From Lingula anatina (taxonomy: Eukaryota; Animalia; Brachiopoda), in assembly GCA_051362555.1 (NCBI GenBank), contig CM120640.1:39224788-39288787 (forward strand): a stretch of DNA of 64,000 nucleotides, written 5' to 3'. How positions within the stretch are numbered: the stretch's first letter is position 1; each line of letters begins with the position of its first letter. Shown piece after piece: positions 1 to 12,700 of the stretch. A program made the translations under genes and the position numbers. The notes under the pieces were generated by a model. It was given only the letters and a program-made list of their open reading frames with translations. It was not told where the DNA came from and did not search any database.

Positions 1-176
1 GTTGTAGTGCTAATGCAGGTAGAAGTTGCTGAAACTGATAATGCCATTCCAGTAAAAAAAAATGGGCCTGGATTCTTGCTGCTGTAAAGCAAGACTATCT
101 TATCTTAAATCAGAAAATGAACTCGATTATTTCAAAATAATAGCATATTGGGAAAATGAATTTTCTTTGAACTCAC

Positions 177-242
177 CTGTCCATTTTTGATCTGTCTAAC
201 ATAGCCCCTTGCTTCTGCCATTCTGTATAAGGTCTCTATTGC
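177..242 (-). CDS. TMEM135: TMEM135 coding exon 5 (66 nt); gene continues beyond the left edge of the window
   Basis: TTTAG| AIETLYRMAEARGYVRQIKNGQ |GTGAGT. Matches human [22 protein letters not shown]. Confidence 0.9.
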
Positions 243-447
243 CTAAAGCATAGAATTTTCATTTCATTATATATATATATTGTATATCATTATGGGTAAC
301 CTTGTTGTAAACTGTGAAGAAGACTGATGAAGATAACCTTATCAATACGGAAAGAATTTATGAACAACAGAAAATAAGATGTCAGCTGTTCTCACCAGTA
401 TAGTTTGGAAAAAGGACAACATTAGTTAAGAGCTATGAAAGACTTAC

Positions 448-481
448 CAAATTTGAGACATATAGGGCCAGCATTCCTCTC
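448..481 (-). CDS. TMEM135: TMEM135 coding exon 4 (34 nt)
   Basis: GACAG| (R)RGMLALYVSNL |GTAAGT. Matches human RGLLTIYMANL; frame continues. Confidence 0.88.
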
Positions 482-1338
482 CTGTCAAAATAAGCACAAA
501 ACTTCTTTAAATAAAAGACAAAACTCTCAAGCTTCATTTTAAATTTTTACTTATATATATAATCAAAATTGAATAAACTGTCCAGAAAATTCCTATCAAT
601 TTTTTGTGATTAATTAGTAATCAAAATAATAAGGCTTTATTCATAGAATTCATGATTGAAAAATAGCCATAAATTTATAACAGTCTCAAAGCAAGTCCCC
701 GCAAAATCATATGTACAAGACAACAAAAAGCAATACAATCTTCATAAGCAGAACATGCATAAGCTGTCATCAGACAATTACACTTTCTTTGACATTTCAA
801 AATACATTTCAACATATCAAAATACTAGTATTTTTTTCAATTCCAATATTAATCCAGACAAATTGACAAAAATTAAGTTGACTGCCAATGCTAATCAATA
901 AATTGGCTAATATTCAACAAGCCAGAGAAAAAAAAACTTGCTTTTGAGACATTTGATTTCTTTAATAAGTAACATAACCATTATGCAGCTTTACAAAATG
1001 CAAACCATATCCACTCAAAGTGATACCCTGACCACGTTAACTTTTAAATGATACAAGTTTACCAAGATTGGTACAGTTAGTTAATGTTAATACAAAACCA
1101 CACAAAATCATATACAATATCAGTAAGTACTACCACTTGGCTTAACAATTAACACTTTAATCAGTACTTGTTAAACTACAGCTTCACCTCTATTTCATAT
1201 TAAGATAAAGCATCATAATCAATAAACATGTACAGTGTTTTTTATGCCATTCCCAATCAATCCAATTATCTCTCATGCAGAGTGTAAGTTACCATCACGC
1301 CAAAGAAATGGTTACATTCTTTGCCCTCTAATGCCTAC

Positions 1339-1428
1339 CTGCTTTTCCTCTCGAGATTGATGGCGACAATGCAGGCACAAAGTGCAGGTAGAGAACTACT
1401 TATGATATAGAAACGGCCCAGAGCCTTC
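1339..1428 (-). CDS. TMEM135: TMEM135 coding exon 3 (90 nt)
   Basis: AACAG| (R)KALGRFYIISSSLPALCACIVAINLERKS(R) |GTAGG. Phase 2-2, compatible with neighbours; matches human KILGKFY...VAILIERKSR. Confidence 0.9.
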
Positions 1429-2836
1429 CTGTTAAATCAAAAGAATATAAGGGGATTTGAGACTGAGAGAAGAAATCACAACTACTAATCCATACGTGGG
1501 TGTCTCAAAAGAGAGAGCTTGAAGCAGGTCTTCTCTTGGATCTATGCCTTGTTCTGCTGCAAATGGAGCGAGCACATCAAATATCACTAAAGAATCACAT
1601 AAAAAAAATAGATATCAAAACAGACTTGTGATGGAGATATTGTGTACGAAAACCTTCAACAGATGAATCCTTTTAAGTTTCCGTTCTAAAAGAATCTAAA
1701 AAAAAAATTGTCATGGTCTTTTTGTCAATCTGTTTGCTTAGATCAGCATTTCAAAAGGTTAACAAGCTGGGAAGAAAGGTTCTAAAGGGGCAGACAGGGC
1801 CAGGGGACTGTAAGCACCTTCATACACATCACCTTCATCACTACTGTCCTACATGATACAACGTAACACCTTACCTGTCCTTTCTCTCCACCAGCAATGC
1901 TAATGCTGGCGCAGGCATTGCACAGGGAAAAACATTGAAGAAAAAGTAAAACCCTACAATTCTCCTGCAAGAAACATGCCATGGTGTTATTTGGTGCGAA
2001 GTGTTATTTCGGTGGAATAAGAAAAAAAATCTTTGAATGTTTTTTTATACATATTGTCATTACATCTTTCAGCCTGTTAAACAGAGTCAAGAAAAGGTGC
2101 ATTTTATTAGCATTTATCTAAACTTGGTGACAATTATTATATCAAACTTTATCAATTTAATGTCAAGAGTTTTCTTCACTATGAAAAATATTGATGTACA
2201 TATAATAGGATAACTGCATCATTTTTCATACTATAAATGCCATTTGCCATTAGCAAATTAATACATGGAGATATATCATACTTAGAGTCATTATTCAATA
2301 AATTTATTCCCAAGAGACTTACTTCAAATTTGCTAGGGGAATGGACTTCAACAATGCCCTTCCCCTTGCAACTTTTTTTAATTCTTTTTTTTTTTTTTCT
2401 AAATAAAAATGAGATGTCATGAAAATAATCCACTTTAGTGAATGACATAAATAGGCATGCTTCTGATGAAACTATGATGCGATTCATGAATACATATGCA
2501 AAAAGGAAAACCTTACACTAAAAGATTAGTAACTGATAAGAAATAATTGTGTAACACAAAAAGCCATTAAACACAAAAATACATTAAAGAACACAATGTA
2601 CCAGAATTTTTTCATCACGTGTTCATTATTGTATATATCAAAATTGAGTAATCTTTCAAAGTTTCTACCTGAAAAAATCTTTAAAACAAATTCAAATCCC
2701 AATTATTCTATATTTAATAGTTAAAACTTATCTTAATATCCTGTTTTTGTAATCAGTTATATCTTATTATTGTGAAATACTGAAACTTAAAGGGTTGACA
2801 ACTCTTCATTTTGGTGGAAAAATTGCCATTAAATGG

Positions 2837-2911
2837 AATTTCCTGGAGTAAACAACAATTTTCCCATACTTTCCAATGGTTAATGAATCTGTTCCCACAT
2901 TCAAGGTTAGT
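2837..2911 (+). repeat. Dispersed repeat fragment, second copy at ~18511-18586
   Basis: TTTCCTGGAGTAAACAACAATTTTCCCATACTT.CCAATGGTTAATGAATC occurs at both sites. Confidence 0.75.
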
Positions 2912-3303
2912 CGCTTAATTTTATAAATAAAAATGTGTGGTTTTTGAGAACATAACAGAGGATAGTCATATATGAAGGTCCATGTCATCTTATGGCAAGC
3001 ACAGATTTCAGAATAATTGTGACAACATTTTAGTGGTAAAATGGAATTTATTATATATTATATGTGTTGTTTACAATGTATATATTGTGGAATTTTGAAT
3101 CTCATATAAAGAGTCGTTTTCCCTTTAAACAGTAAAAGGTCAGAAAAGACTTAGCATTCAAGTTAGTACAGGAAATGGTGCTGAAGAAATGTTAATCTAA
3201 TATTGAATAGGCAACAGCAGATAAATACATTTCATGATATATAATATATATATACATGACACAACTGTTTTCAAACCAACCAACTGAATCTTTAAAAACT
3301 CAC

Positions 3304-3431
3304 CTCCATAGACAAAAACCACCCATGAAAAGCACAGCATTAGTTCCTAAGAAGAGCGTAGATTGTAAGATTTCAGGAAGCAGTTTCTTTAAGAAATATT
3401 CTTTGTTCTTTCTTCTGAGAATTGCTGCCAC
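3304..3431 (-). CDS. TMEM135: TMEM135 coding exon 2 (128 nt)
   Basis: Acceptor TTTTTAG|GTG, translates VAAILRRKNKEYFLKKLLPEILQSTLFLGTNAVLFMGGFCLW(R), donor AG|GTGAG. Matches human IAAILRKRK...KLLPEILQSASFL. Confidence 0.92.
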
Positions 3432-3512
3432 CTAAAAAGTTAATAAAAAAATAAATAAATAAAAATTCCCTCTAAATTTCTTAAAACACACCCTGCAGTC
3501 ATATCATATTAC

Positions 3513-4307
3513 GGACATGTCATACACATACTGACTATAAATCAGCAGAATTTGTCACAAGACACACAGCACATGACAGTAAGTCAGAGAGGTGCACTGG
3601 ACCACAAATAACACAAATATTGCAAGACCATTCCAAGTTAACAGGTAATATAACTTCTTCAACAAGCAACATCATTTAAGTATGTGACCGAGAAGCTGTT
3701 ACAACTTACATAACTTTCCTGAAGAATGTATTTATTGTTTAGGAATATATTTTCAGTATATTATTACCTCCACCAAGAAGGTTATGTTTTCACCGGTCTG
3801 TCTGTCTGTTTGTCATTAACATAACTCAAAAAGTTATGGACCGATTTTGATGAAATTTTCAGGATAGGTGGGAAATGGGTTAACTTATAAGTTCAAGTGA
3901 TTAGTTTTTGGACAAGTCATACACATACTGACTATAAATCAGCAGAATTTGTCACAAGACACACAGCACATGACAGTAAGTCAGAGAGGTGCACTGGACC
4001 ACAAATAACACAAATATTGCAAGACCATTCCAAGTTAACAGGTAATATAACTTCTTCAACAAGCAACATCATTTAAGTATGTGACCGAGAAGCTGTTACA
4101 ACTTACATAACTTTCCTGAAGAATGTATTTATTGTTTAGGAATATATTTTCAGTATATTATTACCTCCACCAAGAAGGTTATGTTTTCACTGGTCTGTCT
4201 GTCTGTTTGTCATTAACATAACTCAAAAAGTTATGGACCGATTTTGATGAAATTTTCAGGATAGGTGGGAAATGGGTTAACTTATAAGTTCAAGTGATTA
4301 GTTTTTG
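3513..4307. repeat. Near-perfect tandem duplication, 397-bp unit x2
   Basis: GGACA(T/A)GTCATACACATACTGACTATAA recurs at 3513 and 3910. The copies stay colinear to TTAGTTTTTGG; I saw only two substitutions. Confidence 0.93.
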
Positions 4308-4401
4308 GTGGTGATCCCGATCAATAATCAATCAATAATAAATAATAATCAAAAATTGCTGCCTTGGTGGAGGTCTGCGCTCTCGGAGTGCTTTTCTAGT
4401 T
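4158..4401 (+). mobile_element. Non-autonomous Helentron-associated (HINE-like) element; 3'-truncated copy at ~3761-3909
   Basis: Starts TTATTACCTCCACCAAG, has a (GTCT)n microsatellite, the subterminal inverted repeat CTTGGTGGAGGT and ends ...GCTTTTCTAGTT, the typical HINE layout. Confidence 0.75.
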
Positions 4402-5139
4402 AGTTTATAATATTCTAGAAGTTGACGTGTTCAGGAAAACCAGTATATTGATAAATTGAATCATCAAGTTGGAAACTGCATTTTCAAATGACGTTGTCCA
4501 TTAATTCAGGTGATTGTCAATATATTGTTGGCAGGTTTTTATCATAAATCAATCATATTTGCTTGCCTTGGTGATTTATTGATCAGACATACAGGTTGCT
4601 GAATTTTGCAAGATTGCATACATTATATGCAGTGCCATTTTTCTCAGCACTGCCCTTATAACATGACACACGTACACACACACATGCATTATCTTTCAAT
4701 GTTATTCTTCAAAAGAACATTACATTCCCAATACCATAAAAAAAAGCATCGACATCTTACAGAAACATCACACAGTATGTTATCAGCTATATAGTCTTTA
4801 AAAAATTGCACATATATTTATGTTTTATTTCAGGTCAAGTATCAGTTGTGTAGTGACCCAAAACCACTTCTGGTGGTCAAACAGCCTTCTTTATCTGAAT
4901 GGTTGCCAATGAGCAAGTGAGCTGATCACAAACAAACCATACAGAAGATGACAGGACTGTCACAAAAACAACACAAGTGACAAGAAACGAAACCTTCATA
5001 GTCCCGACTTAACGACACAGACTAAGAACAATGGTGTGACAATTTTTTACACTTGAAAATTTTCTAAATAACTTTTAAGGACAACAGGTAAATATTTCTG
5101 GGAGGTACATAATCCTTGGTAGAAGAAGAAGAATGAAAT

Positions 5140-5433
5140 ATGGAGATGGGTAAAAATAGCAAAGAAGAAGCACTGGAACACATCACTCTTATCAAAGAAT
5201 CCAATAAGATTCACAACTATAAGAAGCCATGGTACAACAGCCTGGCCTCAGCCTTCTGCATGGCTATAGGGTTCATACTACTGGGGATGAGTGCCATAGC
5301 AATTGTATGGGGACTGTATGGCTCTAGCACAGAATGGACAGCAATTGGTGCTGTGGCGTTTCTTGTGATTGGATTCATATATGTGATACTGGCTAGAAGA
5401 GCTGATGGACCCTTTGCATTTTGTACTTTATGA
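5140..5433 (+). CDS. Putative 97-aa membrane protein with two TM helices, nested antisense in TMEM135 intron 1
   Basis: ATG in good context (AATATGG); two clean hydrophobic helices joined by a short loop and followed by basic RR; upstream acceptor TTTTATTTCAG at ~4833; AATAAA at ~5651 and ~5711. No family recognised. Confidence 0.5.
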   Translation: MEMGKNSKEEALEHITLIKESNKIHNYKKPWYNSLASAFCMAIGFILLGMSAIAIVWGLYGSSTEWTAIGAVAFLVIGFIYVILARRADGPFAFCTL

Positions 5434-6547
5434 TCATTAGATTGAAAGGAATGCAAGGCATGGTTGGGGCACCATAATCACAGACTTTGCACAATGTTGA
5501 GTTGCTTAGAAAATTGACAAACACTACCCTCTAACTGCAAAAGCATCATTTGCAAAGCATCACTATAACAAATGAAAGTTATTTTAGTTGTACTTTACAA
5601 GTAGCATGAATATCATAAATATCTGTTGTGAAATGTTCTGGCAACTAAACAATAAATGGACTGATAGCATTTGCCTCTCTGAATTAATATATTCTCACTA
5701 TGTGACTGATAATAAATACTTTTTGCCTTAAATCACAGACAACTCAAGACAGACTATTTGTCTAGATATAATCTTCAGTTTATATTCCAATGCAGAAACA
5801 AGTAAGGACAAAAACCGCTTGTTTGTCACTTAAGTACAAAACAAAATATTGTCAAACATATAACACTTATCCCTTGAAGACAGACATTATCTCAGTCCAA
5901 CCCAGCAAGCATTGAACACCTTGATCATCACACATGTATAATGACATGATACAGTACACCTATACTTTACAATGTGACAAACTAGCAAGTTCTCAAATAA
6001 AATCCTTAAGTTGGTAAATTTTACCATCTTCACATAAATGAAATTGTCTGAAAGGTTACTTTTCATGGTTTATGCATGGACACACTGAAAAAAACAATTA
6101 TGCTTTAACAGGGGAAAAAGTCATTTTACTGAAAAAAAAATTTTTTGATGCTTCATAACTTTCAAAATTTGTTGCACTTTTGATTTTCTATGTATGTTCC
6201 TTGGTTTCCTTACACCTGACCAACACTTGAGTGTTTCTTGTTCCAAAGTGTCATCAGAGGAAGTTTTTCAAATGTCACAAACCCACATCAAACAGTGACA
6301 CACCCTCTGAATGATGTCGATTGAACTTTGAGACAGCTCTTAATTGACAAACGGAGAGTGTCATATTTTTTTCGATGAAATATATAACTGAGACACAGGT
6401 GATCAACAATCTATAGAGTTGGACCTCAGCCTCTAATATTCTATTAGCAGTAAAAGTGCAAGTAGGTTATTTCACCGGCCAGACCACAGAATCTAGCGAC
6501 ACTGAATCCGAGAGTGCACTCTGTTTTTCTGCCCACATAAAACTTAC

Positions 6548-6688
6548 CAGATAAAGTGGTCCATAAATTTTAAATGAATATAAAAAACCACGAGTGCACA
6601 CATCTTTAAACGCTTGAGTACAATAAGGCGTCCAAGTATGACCTAGTTCATAACATGAACAGTTCAAAGTTTTGCTCCAGGTGGCCAT
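6548..6688 (-). CDS. TMEM135: Transmembrane protein 135, coding exon 1 (47 aa)
   Basis: MATWSKTLNCSCYELGHTWTPYC...FKIYGPLYL matches the TMEM135 N-terminus as I recall it (human ...CYEIGHTWHPSC...LKIYAPLYL). Ends at phase-0 donor CTG|GTAAGT; the ORF-track tail beyond this is intron read-through. Confidence 0.93.
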
Positions 6689-6760
6689 CTTGGAATAACT
6701 GACCTCTTGCGCATGCGTGGATATTGTGTTAACGTCCGGTCTTCTGAACCGAGCTTTGCA
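6682..6760 (-). promoter_or_regulatory. Housekeeping-type proximal promoter/5' region of TMEM135 (YY1-like and NRF1-like motifs)
   Basis: YY1-like CAAGATGGCC overlaps the ATG; NRF1-like TGCGCATGCG at 6708-6717; CpG density rises here; no obvious TATA box. Confidence 0.5.
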
Positions 6761-9700
6761 ATTTCGAAAGAAAGTTGCTGCTCAGTAATTCCTCAAAAAA
6801 GTGAATATTCAAGTCATGTTTGTAACGCATATATTTTGTGAAGTTTTAACGTTACTATTTTTATTAATTTCATAACCGTTGATTTCTTTCCATTAATATA
6901 AAACGAAATATATGGGCGAAAATAATGGGCTTATCCAGCCTACACAAACTGAAAAGGGTAGGCGTGACTTTTTTTGTGGGATGACCCTACCAAGACAAAA
7001 ATATATATACCTGTATGTATTGCCGGAAAAGGTGCTTTTTAGATTGTTTTAGGGAAGTCGTTTATTTTCATTTCGTTTAATAAATTTTGTAATTATTTAG
7101 TAGGCTAATGCCGAAAATGGTCCCAAACTCAAGAGATAAGGCCGAGGCTCCGACAATACGAATAATGCAGTGTTAGGAAAAAAATCATAATTTCTATGGG
7201 CTTTAGGTTAAACAAATGACAATACTTAATTATCATTCCAATACATGAGCCTAGGCAACACATAGTCTACGTGTAGGCCCCTAATAGCCAACTTAGCACT
7301 GTGCGTTTCTTGTGAGTCTTCGCCTCAGCTGCCTTAAAAAAAAGATCAATAGATATTAACTAGTCTACCTTTATAAGAAAAAAAACTTAATGATATACAA
7401 TAACTATTACCGATCTATTGCGTAATAAGTGGATCCGATTAAGATCATCTCCGTCGAGACTGCCAATGTGTAAACAGTGTGGACACAGGCAGGTATTGAA
7501 ACCCGAAACCCGGACAGTGCTCTTCAGTGCACTTAGCAAACAATTAAATTCATGGGATAGGAAACCTGAAACCATTGTACAACTTATGTCTTTCACCCAA
7601 ATCCATAATCAAAGTGCTACCTTAAGGATGGAACTTTGTACTTGGTGGAGACACGAGTGCTTGCTTTTAAGATTTGAATTTCACAGTCTAATGGTGCGAA
7701 GTCCGCCTGGAGAAATGAAGCGTTGGTCACTTTTGCTGTTGGTTGCATTCCGTAGGCTACTTATAAGTTACGCGGGGGCAAGAAATTTTTTTTAAAAAAT
7801 GAGAAAAAGAAATTAAATGTATGGATTACACATTATAGATACATCTGTCTTTATGCATTTAGCGAACATTATGGGCCTTTTAGGCCTACTAGTAGGCTAT
7901 AACATCTCAGTTTAAAGACCAAGACTCTGAATAAAGTCCGGTATAATTCATAAAAAAGTAGAAATAAAACAGCTCTATTTATTAATTGAAGAAAGTCATT
8001 ATTTAGCCCAATCTTCAAAGTTTACTAAAGGATAATAGACCTACAGTGAAAAGTAGAAAAAAAGTGGGCAACACCGATTTCTGTATTTAGATAACGCTAA
8101 TTAGAACGTAAATAGTCGCTACCAACCCACAATAAATACATTAGCATGAAGTAAACACTTGCCAAGTCCAGTCATACCGGTAGTCTATACAATTTGGTAG
8201 TGTCACTCTGCTAACAAGCTATCGAATTCGGTCAAACGACCAACAAAAACGTTGCACGGCTTTCATAAAACATCCATTTACAAATGTCGTTTTTTCTCCC
8301 ATCCCACGATATCGTAACGGTATTAACGAAAATTCTTTTCTTTTCTTTTCTTTCTTTCTTTCTTTCTTTTTTCAATGGGATTCCTTTCATTGGTTCAGGT
8401 AAACTACTGCGCGCTGTAAGCACCCCCTTCCAATCTTCCACGACCTTTGTTTTGAAAGGAAAATGACCGAGCAAACAGATTGGCGGGGAAGTGATTAAAA
8501 CTTTTGTTTGGCAACCCGATCGAGTACCAGTGACGAAAAGCCTAAGTAGTTTGCTTAGCTTTCTGTGTGCAAATGCAGCGCTAAATGAGGAGTGAGGGTG
8601 AACAAACATTGGACCATACTTTTCCACTCGGAGGAGAAATTGCTTATCAAGTATGAAAGAGCTTTTAGTATTCCCCCCTTCAACAACGGCGGGGGGTTTT
8701 CAGGTGCCGTTTCTCCCCATAGAGCCAATTAATACTACAACACAAGTCGAGCATGGTCTGAAGGAAAAACACAAAACGTTATTTTCCACTGTACTCTCCG
8801 CATTATGTCTAGTTTACAAATTACCCCTCTTCTAAGCACATTTACCCCATACCTATAGCTTCTCTTATTAACAATAATCACCCCAGTAATTGATAATTAG
8901 CGCCCATTTTGCGGTCTCAATTGCTGCCACCATGTGTAATTATGATTGTGTTTTTACATGTATACGGGTTCGGTAGATTTTAACCTGATTTGGTCTGGGA
9001 TACAAATCGTTGAATATTTCAAAACACCATTAACTGACGTTTAACGCTCTATTGTCCAGACAGTCTATTTGTAACCTTATCCCATTCATACTGTTAGGGT
9101 TTTTATTTCAAAGACGTTACTGATAAATGCACCGCTTCAATTGTTCTAACGATCGAAAGCAAATTAAATTCTGAAAAAATTCCTTTAAGTTATAGGTACC
9201 AGTAACTTCCCTAAGCATGCTCCCACGACTGGTGAATATTAGTTATTTTGTCCTTTGCTGTCATCTCCTCCTACCAGTTAAAAACTATATTCACATTATT
9301 CGGTCTCTCGGGAAGTGTTGCACGTTACAAGGCGTAAAATGAGAAAATCGTGCCTCAACAATCAGCAGAATGTGCCAGAGACTGTGTATGTCATCAAATG
9401 AGAATGTTTGGTAACAGTATACATTGACAAGCTGGTAAAGTTTGGAGTTAATGGTGTTAAAATGCTTCGCGTTAAAAGACGTCTTATACAACTAAGGAAA
9501 AAATATATATAAAAAAGTTAAAGTGGAGAATGAAATGAAAGGATAGATTAAACATTTCAATCCCCTCTATTTATATTGAAAGAAAAGTCATGGCGTGGCA
9601 AAAAAAAAAAGAAAAAAAAAGAAAAAATACACAAATAACTTTGAAACTCCTATTAATTTTTTTTAATTATGCTGTGTTACAAACGTGCTGGGAGAAGATG

Positions 9701-12700
9701 AGTTTAAAAAAATCAATGAATTTCACAAAATATAATATTTGAATATTGTCTTTAATCCATGACAGCAGCAGCGCCCGCTGACATCGCACCATCTGTCTGT
9801 CAACTGTCAAGACGAGCCCACTAGCGAGAGCAGTATGTGCGGGCAAGCAAATGAAAACCCCTGCTGTGTTCAGTTGACCAATTAATTCGTCCCGAGGGAT
9901 CAATTTGTGATCAGCTGCTTGTGTAAACACGAGAGTGCCTCGGCAATATACCACTGTCTGGGCGGACGCTAAACAGGCCTGCGTATTTCAGAAGATAGAG
10001 CCATTATCAATTCCATTAGCCAGGGAGAAAGTAAACTTACGTCACTAGACTGAAATTAGTTATCATTTCGGTCCGTAATCTATTGGAAGGGCGTTTTTAT
10101 CATAAATACCATCTTGCAAGATAATGGTTTTGGCAGTATTTAACGAAACTGTGTCTGAGATGTTTTAATATCTCATCCACCCCACCCCGACTAAAAATTA
10201 GCGTCTACTTATATTTTACGACATTTAAAATGCTCATTGAGACGGAATTTACTTGTTCTGGGAAGGGAAATATCGACGTCCAGCGTGTATATCCCAACCC
10301 CTCGCCTTCATACCTTTCAGTATCTATGTAACAGGTAATGCCGCGTTCCCCTGATAGTTAGAGTGATTTATTGATCACATTTTTACAACTTGTTTTGTGT
10401 AAGAAGTGAGACGCATTGTATTATCCTTACAAATTAATCTTTAGAAAATTAGTCATTTTTTATAGCACTGCACTGTATCCAAGTTGCACCTCCACGCGGC
10501 GAGATGGGTTCACAATAGAAGACCGGTATCCATATGAAAAGAAAAAACCGGCGTTTAAGAACTGCTTTGTTGTCATGTCAGGCGCTCTGTGATTTAACAT
10601 CTTATTTACTACGAGTTTGAAGTACTTTTTATTCTAGCTTTGAAAATGTCACTGATAAGGAGCCGTGAAAGCCGATTTGTTAACTGGTATGTTAGATGTT
10701 TAAATCTCATTTCAGCTTATTGGATTCGAGCAGAATTCGCTTTTTCAAAGCAATCCTTAACTTGGTAGTTTTGTTGTTCGTGCGACTGCTTAAGTCTTAT
10801 ATATCAATTTGTAATCATTTTCGGCGAACTTTTCAGTCATAATCACCAGGAAGGGCTCAGCTCTGGCCGATTTTAATAAGAGAGGAAAAGGAAACCTTTC
10901 CTTATTCATATACTCGTTTAAAGCACGACAGCTTGTCATCTTATCTGGACAAAAATAGAAGAAATCAGGTAGCTAGATGTGCCGAATGACCTGCGCTATG
11001 TAAAGTTAATTTACATTAATACCCTTCTAAAATTTGACAGCTCGTGCAGCTTAAGATCTTACTCAATTTTGGCCTCAAGCAGAAGATATGGTTAGTTTCC
11101 TATCAATGGCCGCGTTGTGCAAGAGTGCACATCTCCAAACCCAACTCGTTTCTACCGCTTCGAGCTACAATATTGCAACAACAAAGGAGCTCATAATCAC
11201 CTCTCTATTCTAAATTCTTTTCTTCGTCTCTAATTTAAAGATGGCTCTGTGGATGCCAACTCTCATTCAGCGTGTCGTCTGCGTAATTTGTCAATATTTG
11301 ACAACACCTGACCTTGTGGCGGGAATGTGCCATGCATGCAGACAGCATCTGAACTTTCGTTGTGAGAAAAACGAGAAGAACAGATGCAGTGCACACTATA
11401 TGACAGATTGCGTACAATTCAAACATGACAAATTGTTGGGATATATCCATGTACTCATAGATCTATGAATCTGCGATTGCCGATTCTAAAAGAAAAGTTT
11501 TTTCAACGTGCCTTTATCATGCGAGTTTTAAATTTCATTGTTGCTCTTTTCATTTTTTTAATCCGTGTCGTTAAAACAGTGGTGACAATTCAATAAAGGA
11601 TTTCTGTATGATGGTTACGAGAAACCTCTGTGTTGTCTGTTGTGGGAACACACGTGATATACAGCTTTAAAAAAAAGAAATCTGCCAGGCCAGGTGTTTC
11701 TTTACTCTATTCTGGCGTTCGTCTATAAATTTTTCTTGGCAGTTCGGTTAATGATAATTCCACGTCAGTTTCAGTCAGCATTATAATGCCAGACCTAATG
11801 TACCATTTTTCAACCCGGAATAACATGAATCATAACACCAATAATGTTATGAATGAAAACAATAGACCTGCCAATAACTGTCATCACCACACGCTCATAA
11901 AAACAAACCGCTAGGTCGCAGATCGATAAGAAGAAAGCTTAATAGTTTTTATGCCAGGACTCTGACTTACGAGAAAGTTCTTCACAGTGGTAGCTATGCC
12001 GCACGTGGGAGCGAAATCATTTCACTGTTCAAAGCGAGTCGAGATTCATTTGCACCTGTCATATATTTTATTGTCTTCTTAAAATATCTTGAATATAGAA
12101 AATAACGAAAGCGTTGAAATAATAAAGCATCAAACACAAGTTTTGGGCAAAATTTCACTCTGTTCTTCTTGGGTGGGCAAAAATAAATGCTGCTCTGTAA
12201 CCTTGCGATCCCTGACCAAGATATTATTTCAGTGCACGTCTAGAGAGAAAGTCTAACGTATGATTATCAGCGACGGCATACCTGTGTGGGATGTTCTTAT
12301 TCTCGTTAGTATGCAAGTATATCGTGACACCGTTGATTTGCGACAAGCGAATTGTTATGGCCGTATATCTACATATGTAACAAACAGATTCCTCATTTTT
12401 TTCTTTCTCGCGTAATTCCTAGGGTCAAGAACATGTCGAACGCACCGAGAAACCGCGAAAATGCAATTAGTAAAACTATCACACGCAATGGCACGCGATT
12501 TGTAAATGGTAAAACACTGCAAAGGGGGGGGGGGGGTGAAGCATCTTCCCCAAAATTGAATTTTTCCATTGGGTTACTGTGGCTTTGCTTATAAAAGTCA
12601 AGCAAAATTTTGTACCTTGTTGGACAAAAAATTCTGCCGACAAAACTCAATTATCGTCGGACATACTTCAAAGGCCCGTGTGGCTATCAGAAAATGAATA

